A stretch of DNA of 64,000 bases from Octopus sinensis (taxonomy: Eukaryota): positions 51,770,001 through 51,834,000 of the forward strand of contig NC_043001.1 in assembly GCF_006345805.1 (NCBI RefSeq), read 5' to 3'. Numbering within the stretch: position 1 is the stretch's first letter; each line of letters opens with the position of its first letter. This document shows positions 27,940 to 41,068 of this stretch, piece after piece. The position numbers and the translations under genes were made by a program. The notes beneath the pieces are model-generated. The model searched no databases, was not told the DNA's origin, and was given only the letters and a program-made list of their open reading frames with translations.

Positions 27940-28420
27940 CTCCATCACCATCATCATTATCATCACCATCATCATCATCATCATCATCATCACCACAATC
28001 CTCAATCATCTTCATCAACATTCTCACCACCACTGCCATCCTCCTCCTCATCTCATCCCCCTCCTCCCACCCTCCCCTCCTCCTCCCCTTCTCTGCCACC
28101 TCCTCCTCCTCATAATCATCATCTCCCACCACCATCACCATCATTATTATCATTGCCATCAAGTCATCATCACCATTCCCCCAATTACCACCACCACCAT
28201 CATCCTAACAATCTTCATCATTTTCACAATCATCACTACCATCATCACCATCATCACCATTCTCAGCCATTAAGCCATTATCACTATTCTCACAATCACT
28301 ACCACCATCACCACTGCCATTATCATTACCATCTTCATTGTCATCTCCTTACAATCATCACCAGCACCCCCTTCCCCACGACCCCCACCCCACCCCCACC
28401 ACCACGACCATCATAACCTT
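27940..28420. repeat. Low-complexity (CAT/CAC/CCT)n tract
   Basis: Direct inspection; explains the His/Pro/Ser-rich ORFs. Confidence 0.9.
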
Positions 28421-28694
28421 TTATCATGATTTGCATCACCGAAGACATTGGTAAAAATTGTAAATATAGCATTGTCACTTTGTTTAAACTTTATCATCGT
28501 TTGTTCCATTATATCTGTCATAGTGGTTAAGATAATCAGGTGATCTCTAGGTGATTGTTTAACTAGTTAGAAATAGCAGCCAAATCTCATCCTATACATC
28601 TTAAAGAGTGTTAAAAATGTATATTAGTGACAGAGGCAGAATTAATACTGAGAGATAATATTTATCCCCACTTGAATACTTTTTTATTCTTTTA

Positions 28695-29315
28695 TACTTT
28701 TACTTGTTTCAGTCATTTGACTGTGGCCATGCTGGAGCACCACCTTTTAGTCGAGCAAATCGACCTCAGGACTTATTCTTTGGAAGCCCAGTACTTATTC
28801 TATCGGTCTCTTTTGCCGAACCGCTAAGTGATGAGGACGTAAACATACCAGCATCGGTCGTCAAACGATGTTGGGGGAAAAAACACAGACACAAACATAT
28901 ACACACACACACACACATCATCATCATCATCATTGTGTAATGTCCGTTTTCCATGCTAGCATGGGTTGGACGGTTCAACCGGGGTCTGGTAAGCCAGGAG
29001 GCAGCGCCAGGCTCCAGTCTGATCTGGCAGTGTTTCTACAGCTGGATGCCCTTCCTAATGACAACCACTCCGTGAGTGTAGTGGGTGCTTTTAATGTACC
29101 GCTGGCAACGGCCACGATCGGTTGGTGCTTTTTACGTGCCACTGGCATACATATATACGACGGGCTTCTTTCAGTTTCCATCTATCAAATCCACTCACAA
29201 GTCTTTGGTCGGCCTGAGGCTATAGTAGAAGACATTTGCCCAAGGTGTCACACAATGGGAATGAACCCGGAACCATGTGGTTGGTAAGGAAGCTACTTAC
29301 CACACAGCCACTCCT
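28695..29315 (-). mobile_element. Family A SINE carrying an RTE 3'-UTR insertion in its microsatellite
   Basis: Tail 28695-28915, RTE tail 28917-29146, head 29155-29315. Confidence 0.75.
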
Positions 29316-29931
29316 GTGAATGTTCTGTTAGAACAAACTATACTGCAGCAGATACCATGAGAGACACTCTCATATTGGCTTTTGGTGCAAAATACGCTCT
29401 TGTTTATGTTGCTATCATCATCATCATCATCATCATCATTTAACGCCCACTTTCCATGCTAGCATGGGTTGGATGATTTGACTGAGGCGTGGCGAACTAG
29501 ATGGCTGCACCAGGCTTCAATCTGATCTGGCAGTGCTTCAACAGCTGGATGCCCTTCCTAATGCCAACCACTCCGAGAGTGTCAAGGAGATAAATCCCTG
29601 CCAACTCCAGTACTGGGATGAGTCACTGCCGTCTTTAGTAGACAAATGTCCAGCACTGATGAGGCCAAGGAAGGTCAAAATCACATGATCTGCTGGTCTC
29701 AACATTGGAGGTGGTGGTGATTCATCTAATTAGCGATATAAACTCCAAAACGTTTTTGCACCAAAAACCAATATTTTCCTTGCTCCTTCACCCACAGCCC
29801 AATGAGTCTGTACAGAATTATAAAGCAGATCCAAAAGTGTCACTCCCATAATAGTGTTGCACCAAAAGCCAAATGAGAGTTCCTCTCATAGTATTTGCTG
29901 CAGTATAGTTTATTCCAACAGAACATTCACA
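29315..29931. mobile_element. Element bounded by about 77-bp inverted repeats, containing a hammerhead motif
   Basis: tgtgaatgttctgttagaacaaactatactgcagca..ggcttttggtgcaa (29315-29391) is inverted at 29855-29931. Confidence 0.7.
29650..29696 (+). ncRNA. Type I hammerhead ribozyme, G12A mutant
   Basis: ccagca-CTGATGA-ggcc aaggaa ggtc-(A)AAA-tcacatga-TC-tgctgg: stems I, II and III all pair, with a single core substitution. Confidence 0.7.
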
Positions 29932-31734
29932 TGTAAGCAGAGATAACCTTAAGGAGTGAAAACATAAGATGATGAGTCCTTGATGCACTATATCTTTAAA
30001 AAATGATGAAATAATAAATTCTTCATGAACATCTAAGAAGATGCATAAACTTGTTAACTCATAGGCAGAGAATTGGCTGAGTCACTGGGGTGTAGGATAG
30101 AATGTCTCACAGGGATTAAGTATTCTGAGTTCAAATCCTGTTGAGGTCAGCCTTGCCTTTCATCTTTTTTGAGGTTGATATATAAAAAAGAAAATGCAGT
30201 TTGATGTTGTAAAAAAGTGAAAGTATATTGTTCTAAAAAAAGTAAAAGTAGTGTATGTGGGTAAGAGACTGACATTATGTATGGCTTTTATCTCAATTTA
30301 CTTTCAATGTTTTAAGGACAATTTACTCCTGCTTTTTTAATGATCATAAACTTACAAAAAAAAAAGAAAAAAAGAAATGGTACTAATCTAAGATGGGGAA
30401 TTGGTGGAACTGTAAGAACATCATACCTGGGGGTATAGTTATGGATCTTCATGTTCTGAGTTCTAATCCCACCATGGCTTATGTGGATGGTAGATCAGGT
30501 CCATTGCTCAATTTCGCACAACTGTATGGGACTCTGGATGCCTTTGGCAGAGTCCACTCCACTGCATGCATTTATGCCAGGTGTCCAGTTTGAGGTTATC
30601 TTTCTGATTAATCTCAGATGTCCAGGGGAGAGCTGTAGGTATTGCTTCGCTTTCTATGTAAAAAATAAAATGTTCACTTTTCATTTATTTCCTAAGATTT
30701 CAAATATTTTGCCACTAGATTGCAGCCTTGTTAGTGGTATAGCTACAATATGTGTTGCCTGGAGCAGCCCTTGCTTTTTCTTGCTCTTTCACCCACAGCC
30801 CCATGAGTCTATACAGAATTATTAAGCAGACCCAAAAGTGCCACTCCCATAAAAGTGTTGTCCGGGGCAGACTTCACTCCACCCAGCTATACTACTGGAC
30901 ATAGTTGTTGTTGCAACAGAAGTGTGGAGTTAGCTCAAATGGCCCTTCAACAACTGAAATTCCTTCAGTTTTAATGCACAATCTCAGACCTAGTCACCAG
31001 GTAAATGCGACGATGATGGGACAGTCAAGGCTGAAATGCTTTTGATCATAGGTCTACTCAGTCAAGGATGACTGTGTTGGAAGGATTAAGCAACCACATC
31101 ATTGTTAACGTTATATATCCAATATAAGAAGTGCAGTTGATGCAAACTGTATTAAGCTGACCTAACCAGTTAACATAACACAAAGGTCAGTTAATTCTTT
31201 TCTAAAACACTGGCTATCAATGTACATTACATAAAGCTATAAATAATAGCATGCAAATATTATGAGAAACCCTTTTTGGATAGAACCAGGAAGGGTTTTT
31301 CAGCCCATTATTTTCATGCTGTTATTTATAACAAGGCATATCACATAAAGCTATAAATAATAGTGTCAATATTGGGCTGAATAACCTTAAAGGGTTTTTC
31401 AATAAAATTTTTATATACTATTATCTATACCTTTATGCGATGTACTCCAAGATCCTTTTGTTCTAAATGAGAATTATTTCACATTCTCTCAAAAGCTTAT
31501 AAAATTCTTATAAAGGTCATAATTTTGTTCTAGAAAATTTCCTGCCCGAAGTCAAGATCTGAGAGCAGAACACGATATTGACTCTTATAACAAATTATTT
31601 TGTTTTTAAATGTTTCTTTCAATTCATTGGTTCCATCTGGAGTAACAGGTCAGTGTCACAGGTACTCAAATGTAATGATTACCTGGTTGGTATTCATTAC
31701 TTTTGAGTAGACAGTAATAATGTAAAATGAAGTT

Positions 31735-32143
31735 ACTTTTTACTCATTTCAGTTGTTGGACTGCAGCCACGCTGGAGCACTGACTTGAAGTTAAACAAAT
31801 TGACCCCAAGACTTAATTTTAAATTTGGATTCTATCTTTTTTGTTATTTTTTTATGAATTGCTAAGTTACAGGGATGTAAACAAACCAAAACCAGTTGCT
31901 GTGCAGAGGTGGAGGTGATAAACACATACACACACACACTGACAGACTGACTCACTCACTCACATGCACACACACACACACACACACACACACAAGGCTT
32001 CTCCACAGTTTCTATCTACCAAATTCACGCAAAAGGTATTTGTTAGCCTGAGACACTTGCCCAAGATACTGCGCCATGGGACTGAATCAGAAACCACATG
32101 ATTGCAAAGTGAGCTTCTTAACTACACAGCCATGCCTGCACCT
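31735..32143 (-). mobile_element. Old family A SINE
   Basis: Colinear with family A, CpG-decayed. Confidence 0.7.
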
Positions 32144-32665
32144 AATCAATCAAACATAACTTTATGGTCATAAGCTAATTACCCTAACTATAGGCTGTGC
32201 AGCTTCACCAATGAAGACAATGAAAAAATTTATAACATCCATTGTTCATATCTAAAGAAGTATTCTGTCACTTATCTATTGTAATCTTAAAGGAACTATT
32301 TAGCAGTGTTATCAACATTTAGTTGCCATGACTGTTTTGGAACTATCATAGATTTTGTCAAAAATTTCCATCAATAATCTCATTTATGCTATTTCAAGTG
32401 TTTCAAAGTTGGCAGTCTGTTTCAATAATATGATAAAATAATTTTGCCTTAGCCTTTAATTAGTCATTAGTAGCGAAAAGAGATGTCTTTACATTAACAA
32501 ATTCAGGTTAAGTCAAGCTTTTTTGTTTTCAGACTCAGCCTTGATATGTTGGAGCTAAACATCAACTGTATTAACCTTTCCAGTTCTATGAAGGAACATC
32601 TATGTAGTGAATCACATGCTAGAAACAGCACCTAAATCTTCTCATGTATGAGGGAACTTCTACAA

Positions 32666-33700
32666 CAGTGATTCTCAACCAGGTTCCCATATTGGAGTCC
32701 ATATAAAGCTTTTGGTGAAGTCCACACAAGCAAAATAGTAAATTAAGTCCACAGTAGTATTTCATGTGTCTCTCTCTTTACTTCTTTCAGCCATTTGACT
32801 ATAGCCATGCTGGAGCACTGCCTTTTAGTAGAGCAAATCAACCCCAGGGCTTATTCTTTGTAAGTCTAGTACTTATTCTATTGGTCTCTTTTTGCTGAAC
32901 TGCTAAGTTACAGGGACGCAAACACACCAGCATCGGTTGTCAAGTGATGTTGGAGCGACAAACACAGACACACAAACATATACACACACGCACATATACA
33001 TAGATATGACGGGCTTCTTTCAGTTTCCATCTACCAAATCCACTCACAAGGCTTTGCTTGGCCTGAAGCTATAGTAGAAAACATTTGCCCAAGGTGCCAC
33101 ACAGTGGGAATGAACCTGGAACCATGCGGTTGGTAAGCAAGCTACTTACCACACAGCCACTCCTGCGCCTATGAAAATAAATTTTGCTTGCTTTCCAATC
33201 ACATAGTTTTAGGTTCAGTCTCACTGTGTGACACCTTGGGCAAGTGTCTTCTTCTATACCCTTGGCTCAATCAAAGCCTTGGGAGAGGAAAACTGAAAGA
33301 AGCCTGTCATATGTATGTGTGTGTGTGAGTCTTCATGTTGGTGTTTGTCCCGCCACTACCACTGCTTGACAACCAGTGTTGGTGTGTTTATGTCCCCATA
33401 ACTTAGCAGTTCAGCAAAAAAGACTAATAGAATAAGTACTAGGCTTTAAAAGAATAAGTCCCACTGTTGATTTGTTCAACCAAGAAACTCTTCATGTTGG
33501 TGCCATAGCATGGCCGCAGTCAAATGACTGAAACAAGTAAAAGATAAAAGTTCAACCTACAGAAGTGGATTTGTGATAAACCAATTAGGAATTTTGAAAG
33601 ACGTAGCTATAAAACTAACTTCTAAACATCAAATGGCTATTGGGTTCCATGCAAATAAAATAGTAATCAAAGGAATCCAAAAAATGATTGAGAACCACTG
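32666..33700. mobile_element. hAT MITE holding two head-to-head family A SINEs
   Basis: TIRs cagtgattctcaa and ttgagaaccactg; TSD ttcTAcaa / ttcTAcag; SINEs at 32772-33170 (-) and 33185-33550 (+). Confidence 0.8.
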
Positions 33701-34087
33701 TTCTACAGAATCTTGATTTGATAGAAATAACAGCAAAATCTCTTCAGATCATATAATCCATCTTTAATCCAATTCCCTTGGGGGTTGTGGATGGAGGGTT
33801 CATGATGACCACCACTGTATTTTTAAAAAAAATGTTTTCAGAACAGCAGAAATTGTGATAGTGAGGGTTTGTGACTTTCAGTTTTAATACATTTGGCATG
33901 TTTTTTGAGCTTTTATATATTTATGCATATGTTCTTTAAATTTTACAAGTCTGTCATCACATTCCCACCTTCTTGAATTATGGAAATTTCATCTATGTGT
34001 ATGCTGCTATGTGATTTATATGTGATTTCTTTTTACTAATGTAATACTAGACTGTTATAAGGTCAACACAAGAGTATTGTCATCATC

Positions 34088-34489
34088 TACTCTTTTACTT
34101 GTTTCAGTCAGTTGACTGCAGCCATGCTGGAGCACCACCTTTTAGTCGAACAAATCGACCCCAGGACTTATTCTTTGTAAGCCTAGTACTTATTCTATCA
34201 GTCTTTTTTGCCGAACTGCTAAGTTATGGGGACGTAAACCCACCAGCATCGGTTGTCAAGAGATGTTGGAGGGACAAATACAGAGAGATAAACACACACA
34301 CACATATATATATATACATATATACGATGGGCTTCTTTCAGTTTCCGTCTACCAAATCCACTCACAAGGCTTTGGTCGGCTCGAGGCTATAGTAGAAAAC
34401 ACTTGCCCAATGTGCCACGCAGTGGGATTGAACCCGGAACCATGTGGTTGGTGAGCAAGCTACTTACCACACAGCCACTCCTACACCTA
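34088..34489 (-). mobile_element. Full-length family A SINE
   Basis: Head, microsatellite and tail all present. Confidence 0.85.
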
Positions 34490-37097
34490 TTTGTTTGTTG
34501 TTATCTACATTTCTGGAGGTGTAATAAAGTTCCATATGAAAATAGCTTTTATTTCATTTACCTCTGTTGCCTAAACCACCTGTCTCCTGAAATAACTATT
34601 TTTATGGGAAGAGTCATTTAAATTAGATTGCAAATACTATGTATAACCTTATAATATAAGTGCTGTACAACATTCCAAGGCTAATTTAAGAATCCACATA
34701 GACAGGTTAGCATGTTTACAGTCAAGGTTTATTATTTTTGGAAGGTTGCCTAAAAAATGCTGATGTCAGCAGAATTTATGACATTACATACAAGCATGTC
34801 CTTTGGCCATGTTCCTACTCCCTCTGCCACCTGAGAGATCTTTATCTTGTGGGTGCCAGTGCCACTTAGAATGTACTTGTGCCAGTTCAATGTAAAAGTA
34901 CCTGTGCCACTAGCATGTAAAAAGCACCCAACACACTTTGTAAAGTAGTTGGCGTTAGGAAGGGCATCCAGCCATAGAAACCAAGCTATAACAGACAATT
35001 GGAAACTGGCCAGCTCTTGTCAACCCATCCAACCAATGCCAGCATAGAAAATGGATGTTAAATGATGATGATGATGACAGCAGCCAATTCAATACAAAAA
35101 ATTAAAAGCACTTGCATTGGCTTACCATCATGTGAAATTTCAAGTTTATACTAAATTCCAATCAAAAGTTAGTAGGGAGCAGGGTGTCAGTATGACCTCT
35201 TCCTGTGAGGAATAGGATGTAACAATAGTCTGTTGGGAATAGTGGGGGACTTTTTAGTCATGGATATACAAAAAAAAAGTGACAATCACATCTGAAATAT
35301 CATCCATCCTAGACCTGCTCAATCATGGCTGACCTCATAACAGCAACAATAATAATAATAACAATCTCACCACTTTGGAAAGTACTGCAAAGTCTCTGGT
35401 AACTGCTCCTCACATATCTCTTTATCCCTTTATTCAGATTACTTTGTCAAATGTTATGCTTATTTATTCACATTGTTTTTTAGTTAATCATTATCTTGTA
35501 GCTTTGAGATTTCAATGAGGTGATTGTTTAGTTTTAGAATGATATGGTAGGGTAGGTGTGAGAGGCTGCATATGGCCAGTTTGAACATAAAATGTGTAGA
35601 ATATTTTGGATGAATATTGCTAGAATTCTAAATTCAAGGAATATGTAATTTAAAGCAAGAACTCATACATATGAAATAAAAGACTTTAAAGAGAATACTT
35701 GATGGATCAAGCTCACTCAAAGACATTTTGGTTACTGGGAGAAGACACAGAATATGTAATGGAAGGAGGAAAGACAAGTGAGTTAGGAGTGTATGAATGT
35801 AACACAAGTGCCATTGCAGATGTGGAAGCAGTATGCCATTATAGACTAATAATATAAAATAAGTATATTTTTGTGAAATATGAATTTGATTACCAATTTT
35901 AAATCCTGGTCATATTGAAAATTAATCGAAACACATAAGAAATGCAGTTATTAGTTGTGCTCCAGCATGGTTACTGTCTAATAACTGAAACAAGTGAAAG
36001 ATTAAAGACAGATTAGCAATATAGTCACAAAAGGGTTAATAAATAATTTAAAGTGCTGCTGGCCATCACTCAGGTGCAAGTATAGTTTAACGATATGTAC
36101 CGTTCTTTTGCTAATTGTTTTAGATGCCTACATAGTCATGAGCATAGACATGGACATCTTTTCAGCTCTCACAATTTAATCCAGTGGAATATCCATGAGA
36201 TGATACCTAAAGGGAGAAAGGGCTGCTCCATCAGCTATTTGGCACACATTACAACTAAGTAGAATGGAGCAAAGTGAAATGAAATTCCTTGCTCAAAGAC
36301 AGGATGTGCCACCCATTTCAGGAATTAAAAGCATGACCTATTGATCATGAATCAAGCAACCTACCTACAAGGCCAGACCTTTTCAGTTAATGTTATTATT
36401 GATTTTACTAAGAAATAGTTACTCATTCTTACATTTTCATCAATTAGAAAAGCACCATATTTCTTGCAATGCTACTTACAAACAATAATTTTCAAAATAA
36501 TCTTTTTAAATATTATTTAAATCTCACAAGCCCTTTCAGCTGAGGTTTATTTATCTAGCGTCCCAATGGAGTACTTCTAATTATTAATATGTGAATCAGA
36601 TGTATATAATCAGTTTAAAAGATTACCAAACATTTTGTTAATCTTTTAATCTGTTGTATGAAACATGGATAAAGCTGAGATAACTATTTTTAATAGACCC
36701 AGTCAAGACAAACTATTTGTTAGGATAATTTAAGTACACATTGAATACAATGTCTGTAAAGGGACAAGACATAGAGTGGATTTTTATTTGGTGTAGTGAT
36801 TAAAATAAGATTACATTATTTTACAATTCTGTTGTGAGAATTTTATTCCCTAAGGAATTTTAAACTGTGCAGCTCATCTTGATTCCTTAATACCAGCTGC
36901 TCTTTAATACACACACACACACATACACAAACATTAATTCAGCATGTTTACGGACCAACTGACCAGTATCCTTTGTTTTGTTGTTGATAGGTGCAGGTGA
37001 TATTTTTAACTCCTGTTAATCTTCTTTAGCACATTCCCTTAAATATTAATTGTTCCCAGCATGGTCATAAACTGGAACATAAATTATGACTAGTGGA

Positions 37098-37154
<57 letters not shown>

Positions 37155-37158
<4 letters not shown>

Positions 37159-37466
37159 TAGTTTTGATTTTATCATGTGCTTTCACTGCACTACTGAGTG
37201 CAGCTCTCTGTACCTTCGGTATGTGCTGTGGTTTGTTGTGGTGCTCTTATTTTCACTGTATTGAAAGTACTTGACGTAGAATGTGCATGGTGCCTAGTAG
37301 TGCTATTTGCTGTATGTTATATACATCGGTAAGTCTTAGTGTTTTGGTTATGTATTTGTCTGAATGTTTTTTAATTACACTTAATGCTTCCACTATTATA
37401 GGGATTGTTTCTGTTTTTTGGTTCCACATTTGGGTTACTCTGTTTCCAGATCTTTGTATTTTGCGA
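37155..37466 (-). mobile_element. Dong/R4-like LINE 3' end embedded in (TAA)n
   Basis: KYKDLETE..MWNQKTETIPIIVEALSVI..IQQIALLGTMHILRQVLSIQ*; flanked on both sides by TAA arrays. Confidence 0.75.
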
Positions 37467-37469
37467 TAA

Positions 37470-37529
<60 letters not shown>

Positions 37530-37557
37530 CATCATTATTATTATTATCATTATTATT

Positions 37558-38000
37558 GAGTGAGAGAGCAGTGCATGCCATCAAAGTGACACTGGGGTAC
37601 AAATATATGGAGCCCAATATACCCATCATGACTACCTGTCTGATAAGGGTACACTAGGCACATGCATCATAATCATATGTGTGTGACATGGTAATCTTAT
37701 ATCAAGATAAACAGCACATGACCATGCAGGTGGGGCCCAGTTAGAATTTTCCTCAGGTTGAGTAGGGTTGTTTAAGGATGTTGAAAGAAACTCCCATGTT
37801 TCCAGAGGTGAATTATTTAAACTCCAAAGAATTCCTCTCAACACATGGCTATGATATTCCCCCACTACATCTACTTGTGATCAGAGATGCACATATTGTC
37901 AGCCACTAAAGAGATTTGCTCAACTGATTAAGGTCAAGCAACTGACAAGCAAATCTGTGGTATTGAGCAGAATATTTGCTGTTGCCCATCTTTTACACCA
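37558..38000 (-). mobile_element. Non-coding (TAA)n-associated repeat (family C)
   Basis: Begins gagtgagagagcagtgcatgccatc right after a TTA array. Other copies at about 51250-51945 and 52530-53082. Strand tentative. Confidence 0.75.
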
Positions 38001-38004
38001 GCAA

Positions 38005-38219
38005 TGAGTAGGGAGAATGGTTAGCACACCAGGTAAAGTGCTTAGCAGCATTTCCTCCATCTTTGTTTTGAGTTCAAATTCCACTGTAGTCAACTTTACT
38101 TTTTAACCTTTTGGGGTCAGTAAATTAAGTACCAGTGAAATACTAGGGTTGATGTAATTAACTAGTCCCCTCCCACAAAATTTCAGGCCTTGTGCCTTTA
38201 GTAGAAAGAATTATTATTA

Positions 38220-38256
<37 letters not shown>

Positions 38257-38890
38257 GGAGGTGAGCTGGCAGAATTCTTAGCACATTGGGATAGATGCTT
38301 AGTGGCATTTTATCCATCTTTACACTGTGAGTTCAAATTGTTGAGATCAACTTTGTCTTGTGTCCTTTCAGCATCGATAAAATAGCCCTGGGGTCGGTGT
38401 AATCAGCTTACCCTCTCAGCTTACCCTCTCCTTTGAAATTGCTGGAATAATATTATTACCATTATTATCGAGGCAGCAAGCTAGCAGAATCATTAGCACA
38501 TTGGACAAAATGTTTACAGGCATTTCGCCTGTCTTTACATTCTGAGTTCGAATTCTGTCAAGGTTGACTTTGCCTTTCATCCTTTTGGGATCAATAATAT
38601 AAGTACCAGTTGAACACTAGGGTCAGTGTAATTGACATACCCTGCTTTTGAATTACTGGCCTTGTACCATAATTTAAAACCATTATTTTTATTGTTATTA
38701 TAGCAAGCTGGCAGAAATGCTTAATGGCATTTCTTCCATCTCTCTCACCCTCTGAGCTCAAATATTGCCTAGGTCGATTTTGCCCTTCAATCTTTTGAGG
38801 CGAATGAAATAAGTGCTAGGCAAGCAATGGGGCCGATGTAATTGGCTAGACCCCTCCCACCAAAATTCCAGGTTTTGTGCCTATAGTGGA
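38005..38890 (+). mobile_element. Four head-to-tail family B (Nin-domain) SINEs
   Basis: Repeated units gagctggcagaa..gagttcaaat..tttgcctttcatcc..aagtaccag, separated by ATT runs. Confidence 0.75.
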
Positions 38891-38891
38891 A

Positions 38892-40243
38892 AGTGCTGAT
38901 ATCAGAATGGAGTTCGGACTGAGAAAGTGTGGTGTATTAGTCTTGAAGAGAGGCAAAATCAAATGTAAGGACGGGCTAATGATACCGTCAAGGGAGGTTA
39001 TGAAACAGATAGAGGTGATGGGCTATAAGTACTTCGGGATTTTGGAAATGGATAAATTGATGGAGAAAGAAATGACAGAAAACTTTAAGGTGGAGTACTT
39101 GCGCAGACTGAGACTGATCCTTAAATCGAAATTAAACGGACGGAATAGGCTCGAAGTTATCAACACCTGGGCGGCTTCTCTCCTTAGATATGGAGCAGAG
39201 GTAATCGTATGGACAGCAGACGAACTAAGCAACTGTATGTACCAAGAAAAAGAGGAGGAAGAGGACTTATTGGCTGCGAACACAGCATTAGAGCAGAAGA
39301 AAACTACATAGCATTTTATGTAAAAAATGCCACATAACCGCTATTATTAGAAGTAAGAAGGTCAGGCTTATGAAGGATGAAAGATTGCAAAGATAAAACA
39401 CCATACAAGAAATTGAAAACGAATGAAACTGAAAATAGGTGGGTAAAGAAAACAATTTCATAGGGATGTTGAAGATAAGACACAGAGAAAAAAGATGGCT
39501 GTGGATGACTATAAGTGATTTAAAACCGGAAACGGAGGCTCTAATCTGTGCTGCCTAAGAGCAAGCACTAAGAACAAACTACATAAAATAGAGAACAGAC
39601 AACACAACGGAAAGTGATAAGTGCAGAATCTGTGGACAAAACGGCGAAACCGTACAGCAAATTACCAGCCAATGTACGCCACGACAATATAGCCAGGCTT
39701 GTCCATTGGACACTTTGCAACAAGTATGGACTTGACAGAGCAAAAAATTGGTACGACCACAAACCAGAAGGCATCATCGAAAATAGAAATGCAAAGAGCC
39801 TATGGGATTTTATAATTCAGTGCGACCATGAGATAGAGAATAGGAAGCCAGACATAGTCTTAATTGAGAAAGAAAACAAACTATGCTTGATCATAGATAT
39901 AGCATGCCTAGCTGACAACAAGGTATGCGATAAGGAAGAAAGAAAAGTCGAGAGATATGACAGGTTAGCTTGGGAAGTTGAGCAGTTGTGGTCGATGGAA
40001 AAGGTAGCAGTAGTACCAATAATTGTCGGAGCCCTGGGAACAGTGAGCAGTACATGGAACAGATAGGTGCTGCAATAAGGGTGGAGCACTTGCAGAAAAC
40101 AGCACTGCTTGGAACATCTCGAATACTCCGGAAGGTGCCCGAAAAATAAGAGGTGTTACCTTAGTTCACTGGTAGTGAACAGCTGACACCGTAGTACATA
40201 TCCAACGTTAGAAGCTGTGCAAAGGCAACGATAATAATAATAA
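38892..40243 (+). mobile_element. Dong/R4-clade LINE, 5'-truncated (RT end, CCHC finger, restriction-like endonuclease), (TAA)n tail
   Basis: MEFGLRKC..YKYFGI..NTWAASLLRY; KCRICGQNGET; RHDNIARLVHW; RKPDIVL..IIDIAC; stop near 40149, then a gataataataat tail. Confidence 0.88.
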
Positions 40244-40499
40244 TCCTTTCTACTAAAGGCACAAGGCCTGAAATTTTTTGGGGGATGGGACTAGTAGATT
40301 ACATAGATTCCAATGTTTCACTGTACTTAATTAATCGACCTAGGGATGAAAGGCAAAGTCAGCCTCGGCGGAATATAAACTCAGAACGTAAAGACGGATG
40401 AAATGCCACTAAGCATATCGCCCGGCGTGCCAACGATTCTGCCTTCTCACCGCCTTCAGTAATAAAATAATAATAATTATGATAATAATAATAATAATA

Positions 40500-40544
<45 letters not shown>

Positions 40545-40752
40545 CGATGATGGTTTTAAATTTTGGCCCAAGGCTAATATTTTTGGGGAACGTATAAGTC
40601 GATTAGACCGACCCCAGTGATCAACTTATTTTATCGACTCCGAAAAGGTGAAAGGCATAGTCGATCTAGGCGGAATTTCAGAACGTAAAGACAGACGAAA
40701 TATCACTAAGCATTTTGCCTGCCGCGAAAACGATTGTCAGCTCACTGCCTTT
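40243..40752 (-). mobile_element. Two family B SINEs separated by (TAA)n
   Basis: Match family B; CpGs largely retained. Confidence 0.7.
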
Positions 40753-40994
40753 AAACATTGCATGATATATTAATAAACATTTTACGTGCTAACAAATATT
40801 TGAAATGACACCACACAAATATTGTGTCGGTAATTTTCCAGAATGACACTGCGACCCTTAGATTCATTTGCTGGTCTAGAGACAACATTATGTATCCTCA
40901 TATTTTACACCTAAATAAGTGGGGTTTTTTTTTGTAGTCACTCAATTTGAAGCAGTTAAATTGACTGATCACTCCACCAGGTCAAGAAATACAC

Positions 40995-41068
40995 GTTGCT
41001 ATGGCGATAGTTATCTATAGAACAGTGATCACATGATATCGTCTTCTTTACACAGTAACCATAGAAAC
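40995..41068. promoter_or_regulatory. Paired RFX X-box motifs (candidate promoter)
   Basis: GTTGCTATGGCGAT (40995-41008; reverse complement ATCGCCATAGCAAC fits RYYNYYATRRNRAC) and GTAACCATAGAAAC (41055-41068), in apparently non-repetitive sequence. Confidence 0.5.

Noticed and set aside
27896-28416. His/Pro/Ser-rich and Asp/Glu-rich ORFs
   Set aside because: Translations of CAT/CAC/CCT low-complexity DNA, open in several frames, with no convincing splice context.
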